A stretch of DNA of 64,000 nucleotides, taken from positions 8,081 through 72,080 of IMG/VR virus record IMGVR_UViG_3300004369_000011, one strand, 5' to 3'. The stretch comes from a virus. Positions 36,745 to 46,631 of the stretch are shown piece after piece. Numbering within the stretch: position 1 is the stretch's first letter; the number at the start of each line of letters is the position of its first letter. Both the position numbers and the translations under genes were made by a program. The notes under the pieces were generated by a model. It saw only the letters and a program-made list of their open reading frames with translations, was not told the DNA's origin and made no database searches.

Positions 36745-37569
36745 TTAAAAGTCCAAACCTGCAGCTTTCAGAGCTTCTTTCTGCTCGTCAGTCAGGTCTT
36801 TCTTTTCACCTTTCTTAGATGAGGGCGGCTCAACTTCCTCAGCAGGCTTCCCAGCAATCGCGGCTGACGGCGGGAGAGAAGCAAAACCCCCTCCCTGAGT
36901 CTCCAGACGCTTCGGATAGGTTTCGGCAAAGTCCGCTTTAAGCTTCGCGTGGTCTTGCCCAAGAGGTAGCTCGACCAGATTGCTAGAGGGGATAGTGCTA
37001 CGTAGAGCAGAAGATACCAAATCTCCTCCATCGTTTTCCAACCAGGTAGCGATGTCTTGAATGAGCTTGGTTTCTTCTGAGCCATTTACAGGACGATCCT
37101 TAAATTCCAGGGCATTGAAATTAATTTTCGCACCATCCGCTCCGGTAATGGGATCCCGTTCATTGAAGCTTTTCGTTACAAACTTCGTGCTTGTAATGAT
37201 TTCTCCAACATTGATACGGTTGTTGTAAAGCGTTTGGAAGTACGAAATAAAATTCTTCTGACTTGATTTGCCAGAAATAATGCAGGTAGATACACAGCGA
37301 GGAGGCAGCAAACGGTGGCTAGGACTAACACCGATAAAAGCAACCCGAATAAACTCTTCATGGGAGCGCATTCCGAGGTTCCCGAAAAACGGGGTGAATC
37401 CCAACAGAACAAATTCGATTGGTATCCCGTTATCGTTCGCGTCCGTGATCGCCGAGTCTGGATCAGTGTCGGACTTCCACCGACGTGCCTGAAGATCAAT
37501 TCGTAAGCAGTGTGGGGGGACTTGACAAAGAATTTCATCAACCGAAAATTTACCAGCAATGAAAACCAT
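36745..37569 (-). CDS. Hypothetical replication/recombination protein (possible SSB or annealing protein)
   Basis: Next to the SSB and exonuclease. Charged flexible tail ending LDF. Confidence 0.5.
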   Translation of the reverse strand: MVFIAGKFSVDEILCQVPPHCLRIDLQARRWKSDTDPDSAITDANDNGIPIEFVLLGFTPFFGNLGMRSHEEFIRVAFIGVSPSHRLLPPRCVSTCIISGKSSQKNFISYFQTLYNNRINVGEIITSTKFVTKSFNERDPITGADGAKINFNALEFKDRPVNGSEETKLIQDIATWLENDGGDLVSSALRSTIPSSNLVELPLGQDHAKLKADFAETYPKRLETQGGGFASLPPSAAIAGKPAEEVEPPSSKKGEKKDLTDEQKEALKAAGLDF

Positions 37570-37583
37570 AAGTAGGAACCAGA

Positions 37584-38228
37584 TTAAAGGGAGAAGTCAA
37601 CAGAACCAATAGCGGCGGCAGATACCCGGCCTTTATCAAGGTCGGCTGCTTTTTTAGGAGTGGGTTTAGAAGATTTAGGGAGATAAAGGACTTTATCAAG
37701 ATTGTAATTAAGGTAGGACTTGTCCTCCTTCTCGCTGGTGCTAACTTTGCCTACTGCAATAGTCGGCGTACCTGGAGCTAAGTCGGCTAATTGCTTAGAC
37801 AACTCAGCCCACGCTGTGAGCTTAAACCAGTTGGTTTCGCTTCCTTCGCTTTGCCAAGCGAGAGATCGGTTTGTAACCGTCGTGTCTGAAAGCTCAACTT
37901 CTTCAGCTTTCGGCCCAAGGCCACCCGTGGCAATAAAGAGGTTTACGGCTAGAAGATCGTCAAAGTTTTCATTGGTTACAACAAGCATGGGCTGCATCTG
38001 CAGCATCCCGTCCGGCGTAGGACGTGTTGGTCCAATTGCCAGAATGGTTTGCGCGTCAGTCAAACCCTGGAGAAGTTTTCCTACATAGTGGTCTTTACCT
38101 TGGATTAGTTGAACCTTAGTTGGTACGCGTTTTTCGCTTGAAGGAAGGGATTCCCCAAGTACGTTTACAGTTCCCTCGATCACCTCAGCTTCTGCTGTGA
38201 CTCTCAGGCCTAGAACGAAGACATTCAT
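37584..38228 (-). CDS. ssb: Single-stranded DNA-binding protein (tandem OB-fold)
   Basis: N.....G.LG...E.........SLA......T.WF.L.AW..L...L.....G..I.VG. Confidence 0.7.
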   Translation of the reverse strand: MNVFVLGLRVTAEAEVIEGTVNVLGESLPSSEKRVPTKVQLIQGKDHYVGKLLQGLTDAQTILAIGPTRPTPDGMLQMQPMLVVTNENFDDLLAVNLFIATGGLGPKAEEVELSDTTVTNRSLAWQSEGSETNWFKLTAWAELSKQLADLAPGTPTIAVGKVSTSEKEDKSYLNYNLDKVLYLPKSSKPTPKKAADLDKGRVSAAAIGSVDFSL

Positions 38229-38757
38229 TGGATAAGTTTCTGTAAATGGTTGAGCGGTGGACGTTCAGAACCTCGGCAATCTGCGAAACGCTGATGCCTT
38301 GGCTTCGGTAGGCTACTACCAATTTGATGTCCCCGCCAGTCAGTTTAGAGGCTTGCTTAGCCTTGTATGCGTTGTGATACGGATTAACACATTTTAAACA
38401 CGTGCAAGACATCTTGACAAAGTTATCGCGGTTCATATCCATGTAGTCCAAAATTAAAGGACGTATGTAATAGCGACGTCCAAGCGTATATATAACAGGG
38501 TTATTATTTACATAGCTTCCTTGCCATGGATAGCATTCTGTGTGTTGGAAATCACTAAAAGCTAATTTAGTAAATAGCTGACCAAGTGGTGAGTCCTGTT
38601 GTTTTTCATAAGTAAGTTCAAACTTGTCTATTTGTAGACTTCGAGCGATATCTAGAGCTTGCGCTTGCGCGTGGGCAGCATCGTTAGCCCGCACAGCCAA
38701 CTTTAACTTTTTTTCTTTTCGCTCCAAGTTAAGTTTATAGTGTTCGATAGTGGGCAC
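38185..38757 (-). CDS. HNH-derived (zinc-binding loop) protein with C-terminal HTH_7-like domain
   Basis: ECYPWQGS...VKMSC....CVNPYH...KLT..D...V....QG.S...IAE.LNVHRSTIYR. Confidence 0.7.
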   Translation of the reverse strand: MPTIEHYKLNLERKEKKLKLAVRANDAAHAQAQALDIARSLQIDKFELTYEKQQDSPLGQLFTKLAFSDFQHTECYPWQGSYVNNNPVIYTLGRRYYIRPLILDYMDMNRDNFVKMSCTCLKCVNPYHNAYKAKQASKLTGGDIKLVVAYRSQGISVSQIAEVLNVHRSTIYRNLSNECLRSRPESHSRS

Positions 38758-38806
38758 TGTTTTAGGCTATCTGTTCTCAATATACACGCTCTTACTTTTT
38801 TGCATG

Positions 38807-38831
38807 AAAAAGGGCCCTGTCAGCGGGCCCT
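38807..38831 (-). terminator. Rho-independent terminator
   Basis: AGGGCCC...GGGCCCT stem with an A-run, downstream of the 38849 gene. Confidence 0.65.
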
Positions 38832-38848
38832 GCTTTGTTAGTTAAAAA

Positions 38849-39820
38849 TCAGCGCTTAAACAGTTCGTCATAAAGACCACCGCCACCGGGGACGTTCGTC
38901 CCTCGTAGTAAGTTTTTGTTTGATTGTAAGTAGTTGCGAATAGACTCATCTGACTGTCCCTTAGCCCGTGCAGCCTCTAAATCTTTGTGACCAAAGAACT
39001 CGGGGCTGTCTCCGTACGTTGTAGAAATCTGACTGCTTTGCGAGGCGGCGGCAGGGGAAGAGGATCGTGCGCCGCTAACCACATCATAAACACCGCCCCC
39101 ACCAGGGACGTTGGTCCCTCGGAGCATGGCGATATTTTGGTCAAGAAATTTTTTAACGTCCGTGTCGGCTACACCTTTCTGACGAGCTGCGTCTAGGTCC
39201 GCTTGACCAAAGAAGTCAGGGCTTTCCCCGTAAGCAGAAGAAATTTTTGACATCTGCTGTTGCTGCCGAAGCGCGTCGCCTGAGAAACCCGTTGTTGGGA
39301 CACTCCCCTTCATTAGTTGATCGAATAGGCCACCTTTACCCGGTATGTTTTCCCCCCGGAGTAAACCAACGTTTTTATCAACAAACTCTCTGATCTCTGT
39401 GGGCGAGTAACCGGCTTCTAGATTTCGGAAGTAGTCTTCATGTCCGAAGAATTCTGGGCTCTGTCCAAAGGAGGAGGATATACCGGGTCGGGTATCCTTG
39501 GGTGGCTGTGGCTGCTGCAAGGGTCCGATATTAATGTCACCTATACTCCCCCCTGTGGCAACAACGTTACCTCTTCCTTCTAGACCCCCGTAGGTCTTTG
39601 TTGCCGTGGGTGTGCGAGGAGCTTTAAAGCTCAAAGCACCTCCCCTGCCTTTTTCCGTTGTTTGTACCTGTGTCAAAGGAAGCCCTTGAAACTGGTCACC
39701 AACAATATCTTCTGCACTTTCTGCTCGTAAGTCAAACAGCTCTTCTAAATTTTCAAGCGTAAGTCCAAAGCGCTCTCCTGCTTTAGCTACGGGAGTACCT
39801 TTGTAACGAGAAGAAGTCAT
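38849..39820 (-). CDS. Protein with three ~60-aa repeats, probably late/virion
   Basis: ISS.(F/Y)G.SP.FFG..D...A...G.....I..F...N...LRG.N.PG.GG.(F/Y)D x3. TATACT box at 39844-39849. Confidence 0.7.
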   Translation of the reverse strand: MTSSRYKGTPVAKAGERFGLTLENLEELFDLRAESAEDIVGDQFQGLPLTQVQTTEKGRGGALSFKAPRTPTATKTYGGLEGRGNVVATGGSIGDINIGPLQQPQPPKDTRPGISSSFGQSPEFFGHEDYFRNLEAGYSPTEIREFVDKNVGLLRGENIPGKGGLFDQLMKGSVPTTGFSGDALRQQQQMSKISSAYGESPDFFGQADLDAARQKGVADTDVKKFLDQNIAMLRGTNVPGGGGVYDVVSGARSSSPAAASQSSQISTTYGDSPEFFGHKDLEAARAKGQSDESIRNYLQSNKNLLRGTNVPGGGGLYDELFKR

Positions 39821-39854
39821 CGGAATAGGTGTGCCTTAATTAGAGTATAAAGCA

Positions 39855-40121
39855 TCAGCGAGCCTTGTACCCACTTGGTTTAGCACCAGCAAATAGCCTT
39901 GGGGCTTGTGTTTCGTGTTTTTGAAGTGGTTTAAAGCCCCCAAAAGGAGCCACTGCCCCTGCTTCTCCTACGGAAGAAAATTCTTGTTCTTTTGTTGTAT
40001 TTCCAATTCTCTTCGTAAAGTCTTTAAATTCAGGAAAGTAATCGACGAGGATAGATCGATCCGGACTGTCGTCCATTGGACCGGGGCGATTAAAAACGTC
40101 TCCCGCAAAGCGCCGCGTCAT
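39855..40121 (-). CDS. Small hypothetical protein (RFAGDVF N-terminus)
   Basis: 88-aa ORF. Confidence 0.6.
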   Translation of the reverse strand: MTRRFAGDVFNRPGPMDDSPDRSILVDYFPEFKDFTKRIGNTTKEQEFSSVGEAGAVAPFGGFKPLQKHETQAPRLFAGAKPSGYKAR

Positions 40122-40137
40122 CTTCCGTAGGTTTTTT

Positions 40138-40653
40138 TTAGTATAACGTTTCCTTTGTTTCTACAAACTGGCGCATCAGGTTAAATCCTGGACCAATTAC
40201 TCCTCTCAAGGTGCGCATTGTAGTCTTAGCCTCCTCGTGGCACTTAAAAAGCTTTGCCTTGTCCTTAGAAGGAGAATACTTTACTAGTTGTTTTTTTTCG
40301 TAATTCAAGCAGTCAGAAACGTATTCGTTTCCGTGCAGGATCAGCCAAACCTCTTTAAAGCGTAGAAGAGGCATGGCTTCGACTTCTGCCAGCGTGTATA
40401 GCCGATCTTGCCACGTTACCGTGTTTTTGCTTTTCTTGCTACTTTTTTGTACATTTGGTGAACTCTTCTGAATTGAAACACCTAAATCCTTACGCAGTTT
40501 TCGAGCCGCGTTTGCCGCTTGCAAAGCGTTGGGAAAGGTCTCCGTGGTTATATGGAAGCAAATCTGTGTTTGCACGCACCCTACGTAACCTTTATCTGTT
40601 TTCGCGGTGAAGATATCTTTGGTGTTTGTTGCGGGGATGTCTAGGATTTCCAT
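40138..40653 (-). CDS. Hypothetical protein
   Basis: GGAG RBS before MEILD, downstream of the polymerase. Confidence 0.6.
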   Translation of the reverse strand: MEILDIPATNTKDIFTAKTDKGYVGCVQTQICFHITTETFPNALQAANAARKLRKDLGVSIQKSSPNVQKSSKKSKNTVTWQDRLYTLAEVEAMPLLRFKEVWLILHGNEYVSDCLNYEKKQLVKYSPSKDKAKLFKCHEEAKTTMRTLRGVIGPGFNLMRQFVETKETLY

Positions 40654-40692
40654 TTGTGCTCCAAGCTGACTGGCACTATAGCGCAAGTGTTT

Positions 40693-42588
40693 TTATTTTT
40701 CCGCCCAAGTGTTTCCTATCGACGCGTCTGCTTTAGCGGGCACTGTTTTTAAAATTGTCTCAGCAGCTTCTTTCATACAGTCTTCTAAGATTTTTTTATA
40801 GTGGTTTTCTTTACCTACCTGTACTTCCAAAACAATTTCATCGTGCACACAAGCGATTAAATGCGCCTCGGCACCTAAATGTTCCCCTAGTTTTGCAATG
40901 GAGAGTTTTAAGATATCCGCCCCCGCTCCTTGAATTAAAGTATTAGCGCAAGCCATCATCTGAGCGTCATCATATGACAGGAGCCGGCGACGTCCCATAG
41001 GAGTGCGTACATAGCACCAACCTTCTTCAACCATCGCCGCTCTTTCTCTGTGCCACTGACGCAAGCGTGGATACGCGCTGTGAAACGCTGTGTGTGCAAT
41101 TTTTGCCTCAGAGAGCGTAATAACCTTCCCGCTCTGAGCTGCGTAGGTTTTGTACTTACGAAATCCCATTCCGTACAGCAATGCAAAGTTAAGTGTTTTA
41201 CCATCTTGTCTCTGAGAGTAAGTAACTTGATCGACTGGAACTTTGTAAATTAAGCTTGCCGTGACGTTATGTAGATCCTCTCCGTCTTGAAACGCTTTAA
41301 TCATCTGAGGAATGCCTATTAGTTCAGCCCCAAGTCTCAGTTCTATTTGAGAAAAGTCACAAATTACAAATTTAAAACCCTGTGTGGGTATAAAGCACCC
41401 CCTAAATTCAGAGTTTCTAGGCACCTGCTGAATGTTCACCCCGAACACAGTTTTTTTTACTTTAGCTGTAGTTCTTTTCGCACCTGAAGACGTAAACCTT
41501 CCGCTATTCGCGCCGTATTGATTGTAGCCACTATGTATCCTATGTGACACAGGGTTTATATTGTCTATGAGTTTATTAACGTGCTCTAGTTTAGTTTCTA
41601 TCTTGACTCGCTTCCGATACAAATTAAGAAGAAAATCCTCGCTATCAAATTCCGCCAACGCAACCTGATTCAATGTTGGCTTGCCTGTTACGTTGTCACG
41701 AGGTACAGCAATGCCCAGAACAGCGAAGTAGTTAAGGCACTGCGCGTTTGAGCCGGGATTAAATTCTTTCTTAGGTTTTTTTCCGATGGCTATCGCACCC
41801 TCTGTTGTCTTTAACAATTTCATCTCAATAGGTAATAAGTTATCTAATGTTTCGCAAAATAATTTTGTAGTCGCGTTTAATTCAAGTTCAATAGTTTGTT
41901 TTAAATTTTTTAGCTTAGCTATATCAACGCCAAATCCTCTGTGGCACATTAAAGCCACAGGGCGTATACACTGAGACTCTAAGGTGTATATCTCTAGTAG
42001 ATTCTCTTCAGCTAACTCAGCTAACTGCGACGCCGCCACGCGGGGGAGAATGTCTACGTCTTTTGCGGCGTAAGCAATCTGTTCCTCCGTTAGCTTAGCC
42101 TGAGACCAGTCCGTCAGTCTTTGTTCTTTATCTATTTCTTCTTCAAGCCGCCGTTCTACAACAGCTTTTAAACTACAACTTACATCTGCAAAATAAGGCT
42201 TCTTTGCTTGAGGGGATATTCTTTTTTCCTTGAACCCGGCGCGTAAGCATTTTTCGGCCACGTAAGTGTCAAAAAGCTTGTTTTTAAAATCAATTCCAAG
42301 TTTAAGGTTGAACTGAAGATCAAAGTTTAAATTATGCCCTACCAGCATTTCGCGAGTTTCAATATAGGTTTTTAACTCTTGTAGATCTGTTAATTTAAAT
42401 AAATCAAAAACATAAACTATCCGATCGGCTTGTTCTTCCTTTGTGTCACAGAGCTGAAGCAGACGCGGACGAGCAATGCGAGCGTCCAACCCCGTGGTCT
42501 CGTAGTCCAAACAAACTTTCTTACAGCTTTCTAAGTCTTGTAGCGCTTCCTGGGCTTGCTGTTGCGTTGTGATGTATTTAATTTGCAT
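40693..42588 (-). CDS. polA: Family A DNA polymerase with 3'-5' exonuclease
   Basis: DYETTGL, GHNLNFD, YAAKD, motif A DFSQIELR, motif B R..GK.LNFALLYG and motif C VHDEI. Confidence 0.95.
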   Translation of the reverse strand: MQIKYITTQQQAQEALQDLESCKKVCLDYETTGLDARIARPRLLQLCDTKEEQADRIVYVFDLFKLTDLQELKTYIETREMLVGHNLNFDLQFNLKLGIDFKNKLFDTYVAEKCLRAGFKEKRISPQAKKPYFADVSCSLKAVVERRLEEEIDKEQRLTDWSQAKLTEEQIAYAAKDVDILPRVAASQLAELAEENLLEIYTLESQCIRPVALMCHRGFGVDIAKLKNLKQTIELELNATTKLFCETLDNLLPIEMKLLKTTEGAIAIGKKPKKEFNPGSNAQCLNYFAVLGIAVPRDNVTGKPTLNQVALAEFDSEDFLLNLYRKRVKIETKLEHVNKLIDNINPVSHRIHSGYNQYGANSGRFTSSGAKRTTAKVKKTVFGVNIQQVPRNSEFRGCFIPTQGFKFVICDFSQIELRLGAELIGIPQMIKAFQDGEDLHNVTASLIYKVPVDQVTYSQRQDGKTLNFALLYGMGFRKYKTYAAQSGKVITLSEAKIAHTAFHSAYPRLRQWHRERAAMVEEGWCYVRTPMGRRRLLSYDDAQMMACANTLIQGAGADILKLSIAKLGEHLGAEAHLIACVHDEIVLEVQVGKENHYKKILEDCMKEAAETILKTVPAKADASIGNTWAEK

Positions 42589-42606
42589 GTAATGATTTTA
42601 GAAGAC

Positions 42607-42633
42607 AAAAAAAGAGGCGTCCCGTAGGACGCC
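42607..42633 (-). terminator. Rho-independent terminator (UACG loop)
   Basis: GGCGTCC-CGTA-GGACGCC preceded by A7. Confidence 0.8.
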
Positions 42634-42645
42634 CCTAGTGTAACG

Positions 42646-43425
42646 TCAAGCTCCGCGCTTGTTCCAATAGCCAATAATGTAGTCTTCCATATCGTCCCAC
42701 ATGCGGCACACCTGCATCCCTGTCTCGGTCAGGGTCACGTGGTACACCTTCCGACGGAGGAACTGAGAGTGAGGAATTAGTTCCTTGTCCTCGGGTCCAA
42801 ATGCGATATGCTCCTCCATTACTGCAAGCCCAGAGCTGACGAGGAAGGAGAGCCCGTCACGAAGGGAGGTGTACATGGGCGAGCCGTGGTAGCAGTCAGA
42901 ACGAGCTACGCCTGAGGCCGCGCTGCAGGGCTCCATAAAGCCATCGATTTTTCGGCGGAATCCTCGGAAACAATCGTACTTGTTATCGAGACGAGCATCG
43001 TCTAGCATGTTAACTACCGCAACCGCAGTTTCTTTAAGAGTTACCTTATCGCCTGTTGCGCACATAAATAAGAGTGCGGCAGCTCCTGCGGTTTTTAGAT
43101 TCTGGTTAGTAAGGACTATCTTGAATGTTTCATCCGCTGTAAGTTGGTTAACTGGTTGCTCCCCAATCCTCGAATGACCAGTTTTGGTGTAAGCCCGGCG
43201 CGGCTTGGCAGGCCTATAGATGGCCAGTTTGGCGGCCAAGGTTGCTAATTGCGGATTACGCTGTTCGACGCTGAGATTAAACAGTTTTTTAGCGTCGAAC
43301 AATTTGTGATCGAAATGCTTAGTGATGTCTACCGAAATTGTAGGATTCTTTTCCGAAACGGAAAACAAAGCAGAAACTTCGTTTTTTTCAAGGGGGAGGT
43401 CCCCAAGGGTGAATTCGAGATTCAT
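42646..43425 (-). CDS. Hypothetical protein, possibly wHTH
   Basis: 259-aa ORF ending LTETG, a wing-like pattern. Confidence 0.6.
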   Translation of the reverse strand: MNLEFTLGDLPLEKNEVSALFSVSEKNPTISVDITKHFDHKLFDAKKLFNLSVEQRNPQLATLAAKLAIYRPAKPRRAYTKTGHSRIGEQPVNQLTADETFKIVLTNQNLKTAGAAALLFMCATGDKVTLKETAVAVVNMLDDARLDNKYDCFRGFRRKIDGFMEPCSAASGVARSDCYHGSPMYTSLRDGLSFLVSSGLAVMEEHIAFGPEDKELIPHSQFLRRKVYHVTLTETGMQVCRMWDDMEDYIIGYWNKRGA

Positions 43426-43520
43426 GTCAGTTTGGCTGATAAAGACATGTAGACCTTACTAAGAATGCACTCATATTGGAAGGGGGACCTGGGATTTCTT
43501 TAGGTTTGTAAGGATTATTG

Positions 43521-43751
43521 TTAGGGTACAGCTTTCCATTTCAATACGCCGTTCACTACTCCGTAACAAACTTGTAGTGAGTTAGATGCATTATTGTATC
43601 GAACTGCGCCGATAAACGCTTGCTCCATTAGTTTGTCCGCTTGTTCATCTGTTAGGTCTATAGGATCATTCCATTGTGTTACATAAGATCTTGTTATTTT
43701 GTTTACATCTTCACTGTCCTGTTGTTGTCTGAGTAAAGTTTTCTTTTCCAT
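43521..43751 (-). CDS. Hypothetical protein
   Basis: 76-aa ORF following the VWA gene. Confidence 0.55.
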   Translation of the reverse strand: MEKKTLLRQQQDSEDVNKITRSYVTQWNDPIDLTDEQADKLMEQAFIGAVRYNNASNSLQVCYGVVNGVLKWKAVP

Positions 43752-43756
43752 AAAAG

Positions 43757-45304
43757 CTACAACAATATTTTCTGAAAAACTGTAGAGGATTCGGGATCGT
43801 TTTGGGGGTCCACTACGTACACTTCATCGCTAAATTGTTGGAGTACATCAGCCTCCATTCCTATACAGAAAGCGTAAAAATTAATACTTTGCTCTTCTTT
43901 AAAGTTATTAAGACGTCGTACAAAGGCATCAGGTACATTTGCTTGTCCGTCAGTAATTAATAGTATGTCTGCTTTTGGATCTATGTGAGCCTTTGTCATA
44001 GCATGCTCTAATACCGCAGTGAACGAAGTTCCTCCGGCAGTTCGCCACGTAAGAATAAAATCCAGTAGTTCTTTGTTATTTTTACGGTTGCTATCAAGCA
44101 CCAAGCTGTTACAAATTCTGGCGTCAAATAAATGAATTTGAATTTCTCGCTTTTGCTTAAGACACTCGTCTGCGACAACAAAAGCTATTGCTTTCGACCA
44201 TAATTCAGATTCTCCAGTCATTGAGCCAGAAATGTCGATGTACATTACTACGGGTCCTCTATCAACGTCTTTAGATTTTGCTTCATAATCTTTAGTCAAC
44301 AAAGTTTTTTGTGAATACTTAAGAGCAAACAGGGCACGTCCTTCCTGCGTGGCCGCCAACGCAATTTCAATAGGGAATGCTTTAGTTACTTCGTCAGAAA
44401 ACTTAGCGCCAACTATATCGCTATAGTTCGTTTGAGTTTTTTTAGCTCGTCTTCTGTCATTCCAAGCTTTACGTAAGCCACCTAAACGAGAGGCTAGTTT
44501 CTGCAGTTTTTTATTATGACTTAGTTTTTTAGCTAAAGCTTGTTTTTCTTGCAAATCTCCGCTGTGATGCCCCTGGCCTGTTTCTGTTCCAGCAAGAGCT
44601 GACATAGCATTTTCCAGTTCGTCAGCTTCTTTCTTAGCCCGCTCAACCGCCTCCGCTACCTTAGGTTGTAGTTTATTTCTGGCTTCGTTCAAGACTTGTT
44701 CCACGGCTTGACTCAATTGCTTTCCTTGCTGCCTTAGTTCGGTAGCCTCAAGGTCTTTTCCTTGTTTTTTAGCTTGAATGAAAGCGTCACGTAACTCGTT
44801 TAACTTCTCAGCACTATGCGCCAAAAGCTCTGCGGGCAGTTGACCCAATTCAATTTGCTCTTCTATAATTTCACTTAATTCGTTTAATAAACAAACGGCA
44901 TTGTTGCCGCTATTAAATTGATTGCCTATACAGTGGGTTGCAAGAGTCGGCCACGCGGGAGAATTACAGAGATCATTTAACAGGCCAATCCAAAAAGCAG
45001 ATTCAGGTTTATATCCAGAAGGAAACGGGGGATCAAATCCTTCTTGTTTATTACGAAAATATTCTTCAGCCTCCGTCAAGGAGACTAGAGGAGTTACGTT
45101 GCCGCCCTGATAAAGACATTCAAAAATTTCTTTACCAAATCGAGATAGTTGTCGAATATCATATCGATCAATTAAGTAGTTGACCGTAGGTTTGGTGTCT
45201 CGTACAAAGTCTTCCCACAAATAGTCTGCTAGCGCGGAGACCGCAACTACTATGGGCGCTGCATCAAGCAGGCGAATGTATTCGTGCAGGGTTTTGTTGT
45301 TCAT
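43757..45304 (-). CDS. VWA domain protein (ViaA/CoxE-like)
   Basis: GP....IDISGSM.G (MIDAS DxSxS), GGTSF and ILLITDG. Start probably MNNKTL. Confidence 0.9.
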   Translation of the reverse strand: MNNKTLHEYIRLLDAAPIVVAVSALADYLWEDFVRDTKPTVNYLIDRYDIRQLSRFGKEIFECLYQGGNVTPLVSLTEAEEYFRNKQEGFDPPFPSGYKPESAFWIGLLNDLCNSPAWPTLATHCIGNQFNSGNNAVCLLNELSEIIEEQIELGQLPAELLAHSAEKLNELRDAFIQAKKQGKDLEATELRQQGKQLSQAVEQVLNEARNKLQPKVAEAVERAKKEADELENAMSALAGTETGQGHHSGDLQEKQALAKKLSHNKKLQKLASRLGGLRKAWNDRRRAKKTQTNYSDIVGAKFSDEVTKAFPIEIALAATQEGRALFALKYSQKTLLTKDYEAKSKDVDRGPVVMYIDISGSMTGESELWSKAIAFVVADECLKQKREIQIHLFDARICNSLVLDSNRKNNKELLDFILTWRTAGGTSFTAVLEHAMTKAHIDPKADILLITDGQANVPDAFVRRLNNFKEEQSINFYAFCIGMEADVLQQFSDEVYVVDPQNDPESSTVFQKILL

Positions 45305-45308
45305 GGAT

Positions 45309-46493
45309 TTACTTAGTGAACTCTCCAATGGTTTTAGCGATTCGTTGTGAATTGATATTTAACTCTTGGCACAATTTTGTAGCATCTTGTCGCGCTTTCA
45401 GAGTTACACGATAGTGTTCTCCCTCAAGAACTCCGTTTGCTTTTGCTTCTAGCACTTGTAAATCGTGATGAATCTTACGTAACTTACTAACCACGTGGTT
45501 TAAATCTTCTAGATTCTTGGCTTCTTTTGATTGAATCGCATGAAACTCACTGAGGACACCGGCTTGAGCCCGTTTAATGTCCTTTAACAACCTTTCAGCT
45601 GTAGGGATTACTTGATCCAATACCTCCCGAATTACAGATACATCGTCAGGAGTCTGATAAACAATATGAATCAGGGAGTCGTGAAGATGTTCTGGATAAA
45701 GTTTATCGTCGCCCTGAACAAGAGCCCAGCCCCGCATGAACTTAAGAATCTGTACACGCCGTCGATCACTGATTGTTATGCCCCGCGTGACTAGCATCTC
45801 AAACACCTGAGCAAACGAGTCAAGAAACTCATCACTTGGAGCAATGAGAGCAGCCTCTTCTTGTAACTTGCCTAAATCGGCATAACTTAGATCTGATTCA
45901 ACAGCAGGTCGCTGTTCGATACCCAGAGCCCATGTGTCTAGAAGTCTTTTTGAAATAGGAGCTTTGAGAAGATCTACTGTCGGTCTAAACAGAAAGCGAT
46001 CGCAAAAAGCTTGGAGAGCTTCTTCTTGGGGAAAGCTGTTAGTCGCCGCAACGATAGATTGAATAGGTGTTGTCAACACCTCTTTGCCGTTATTAAACGT
46101 ACGTTCGTTTAGGATCGTAAGCAGAGAATTTAGTACAGCGGAGGAGCCGCGAAAAAGCTCATCTAGGAAAGCTATGTTGGCAGTAGGAAGATAACCCTGT
46201 ACATCCCGACTGTATTCGTCTTTAAGTAACTTACTTACAGCGACAGGACCGAACAACTCTGATGGATCTGTGGTGGGCGAAAGCAAATAACCGAAGAAGC
46301 TAGAACCTGTAAATCCGTTGGAAACGGCGCGAACTAATTCAGATTTACCTGTGCCGGGTAGACCAAACAAGAACGCATTTTGCTTGGTAATAACTGCAGC
46401 CAGTAAGCCGTCGATGACGGGTGCTCGCTCTAAGAAAGCATTGTTAAGTGAGCCTCTAAATTTTTGAAGAGAGGTAAAAAGTGTGTCGTTCAT
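45309..46493 (-). CDS. MoxR-family AAA+ ATPase (RavA-like)
   Basis: G.PGTGKS, T.PSELFGP, FLDE.F, LNSLL..LNER.F.NG, ATN..P and DRF..R. Confidence 0.92.
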   Translation of the reverse strand: MNDTLFTSLQKFRGSLNNAFLERAPVIDGLLAAVITKQNAFLFGLPGTGKSELVRAVSNGFTGSSFFGYLLSPTTDPSELFGPVAVSKLLKDEYSRDVQGYLPTANIAFLDELFRGSSAVLNSLLTILNERTFNNGKEVLTTPIQSIVAATNSFPQEEALQAFCDRFLFRPTVDLLKAPISKRLLDTWALGIEQRPAVESDLSYADLGKLQEEAALIAPSDEFLDSFAQVFEMLVTRGITISDRRRVQILKFMRGWALVQGDDKLYPEHLHDSLIHIVYQTPDDVSVIREVLDQVIPTAERLLKDIKRAQAGVLSEFHAIQSKEAKNLEDLNHVVSKLRKIHHDLQVLEAKANGVLEGEHYRVTLKARQDATKLCQELNINSQRIAKTIGEFTK

Positions 46494-46631
46494 TAGATAA
46501 AAAGTAATAATTTGATAAAGCGTTTAAAGGAAAAGGCGTGTCTTCGTGTCTGGTAGGGGCCAGTCAACGAGTGACTCCTCTGTAGTAGCTCCACGCCTGT
46601 AATTGCTAAGCGACTAGGTAAGTAAAATGAA

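Noticed and set aside
45996-46003. HIP1 (GCGATCGC) site
   Set aside because: Only an isolated copy was noticed, with no enrichment.
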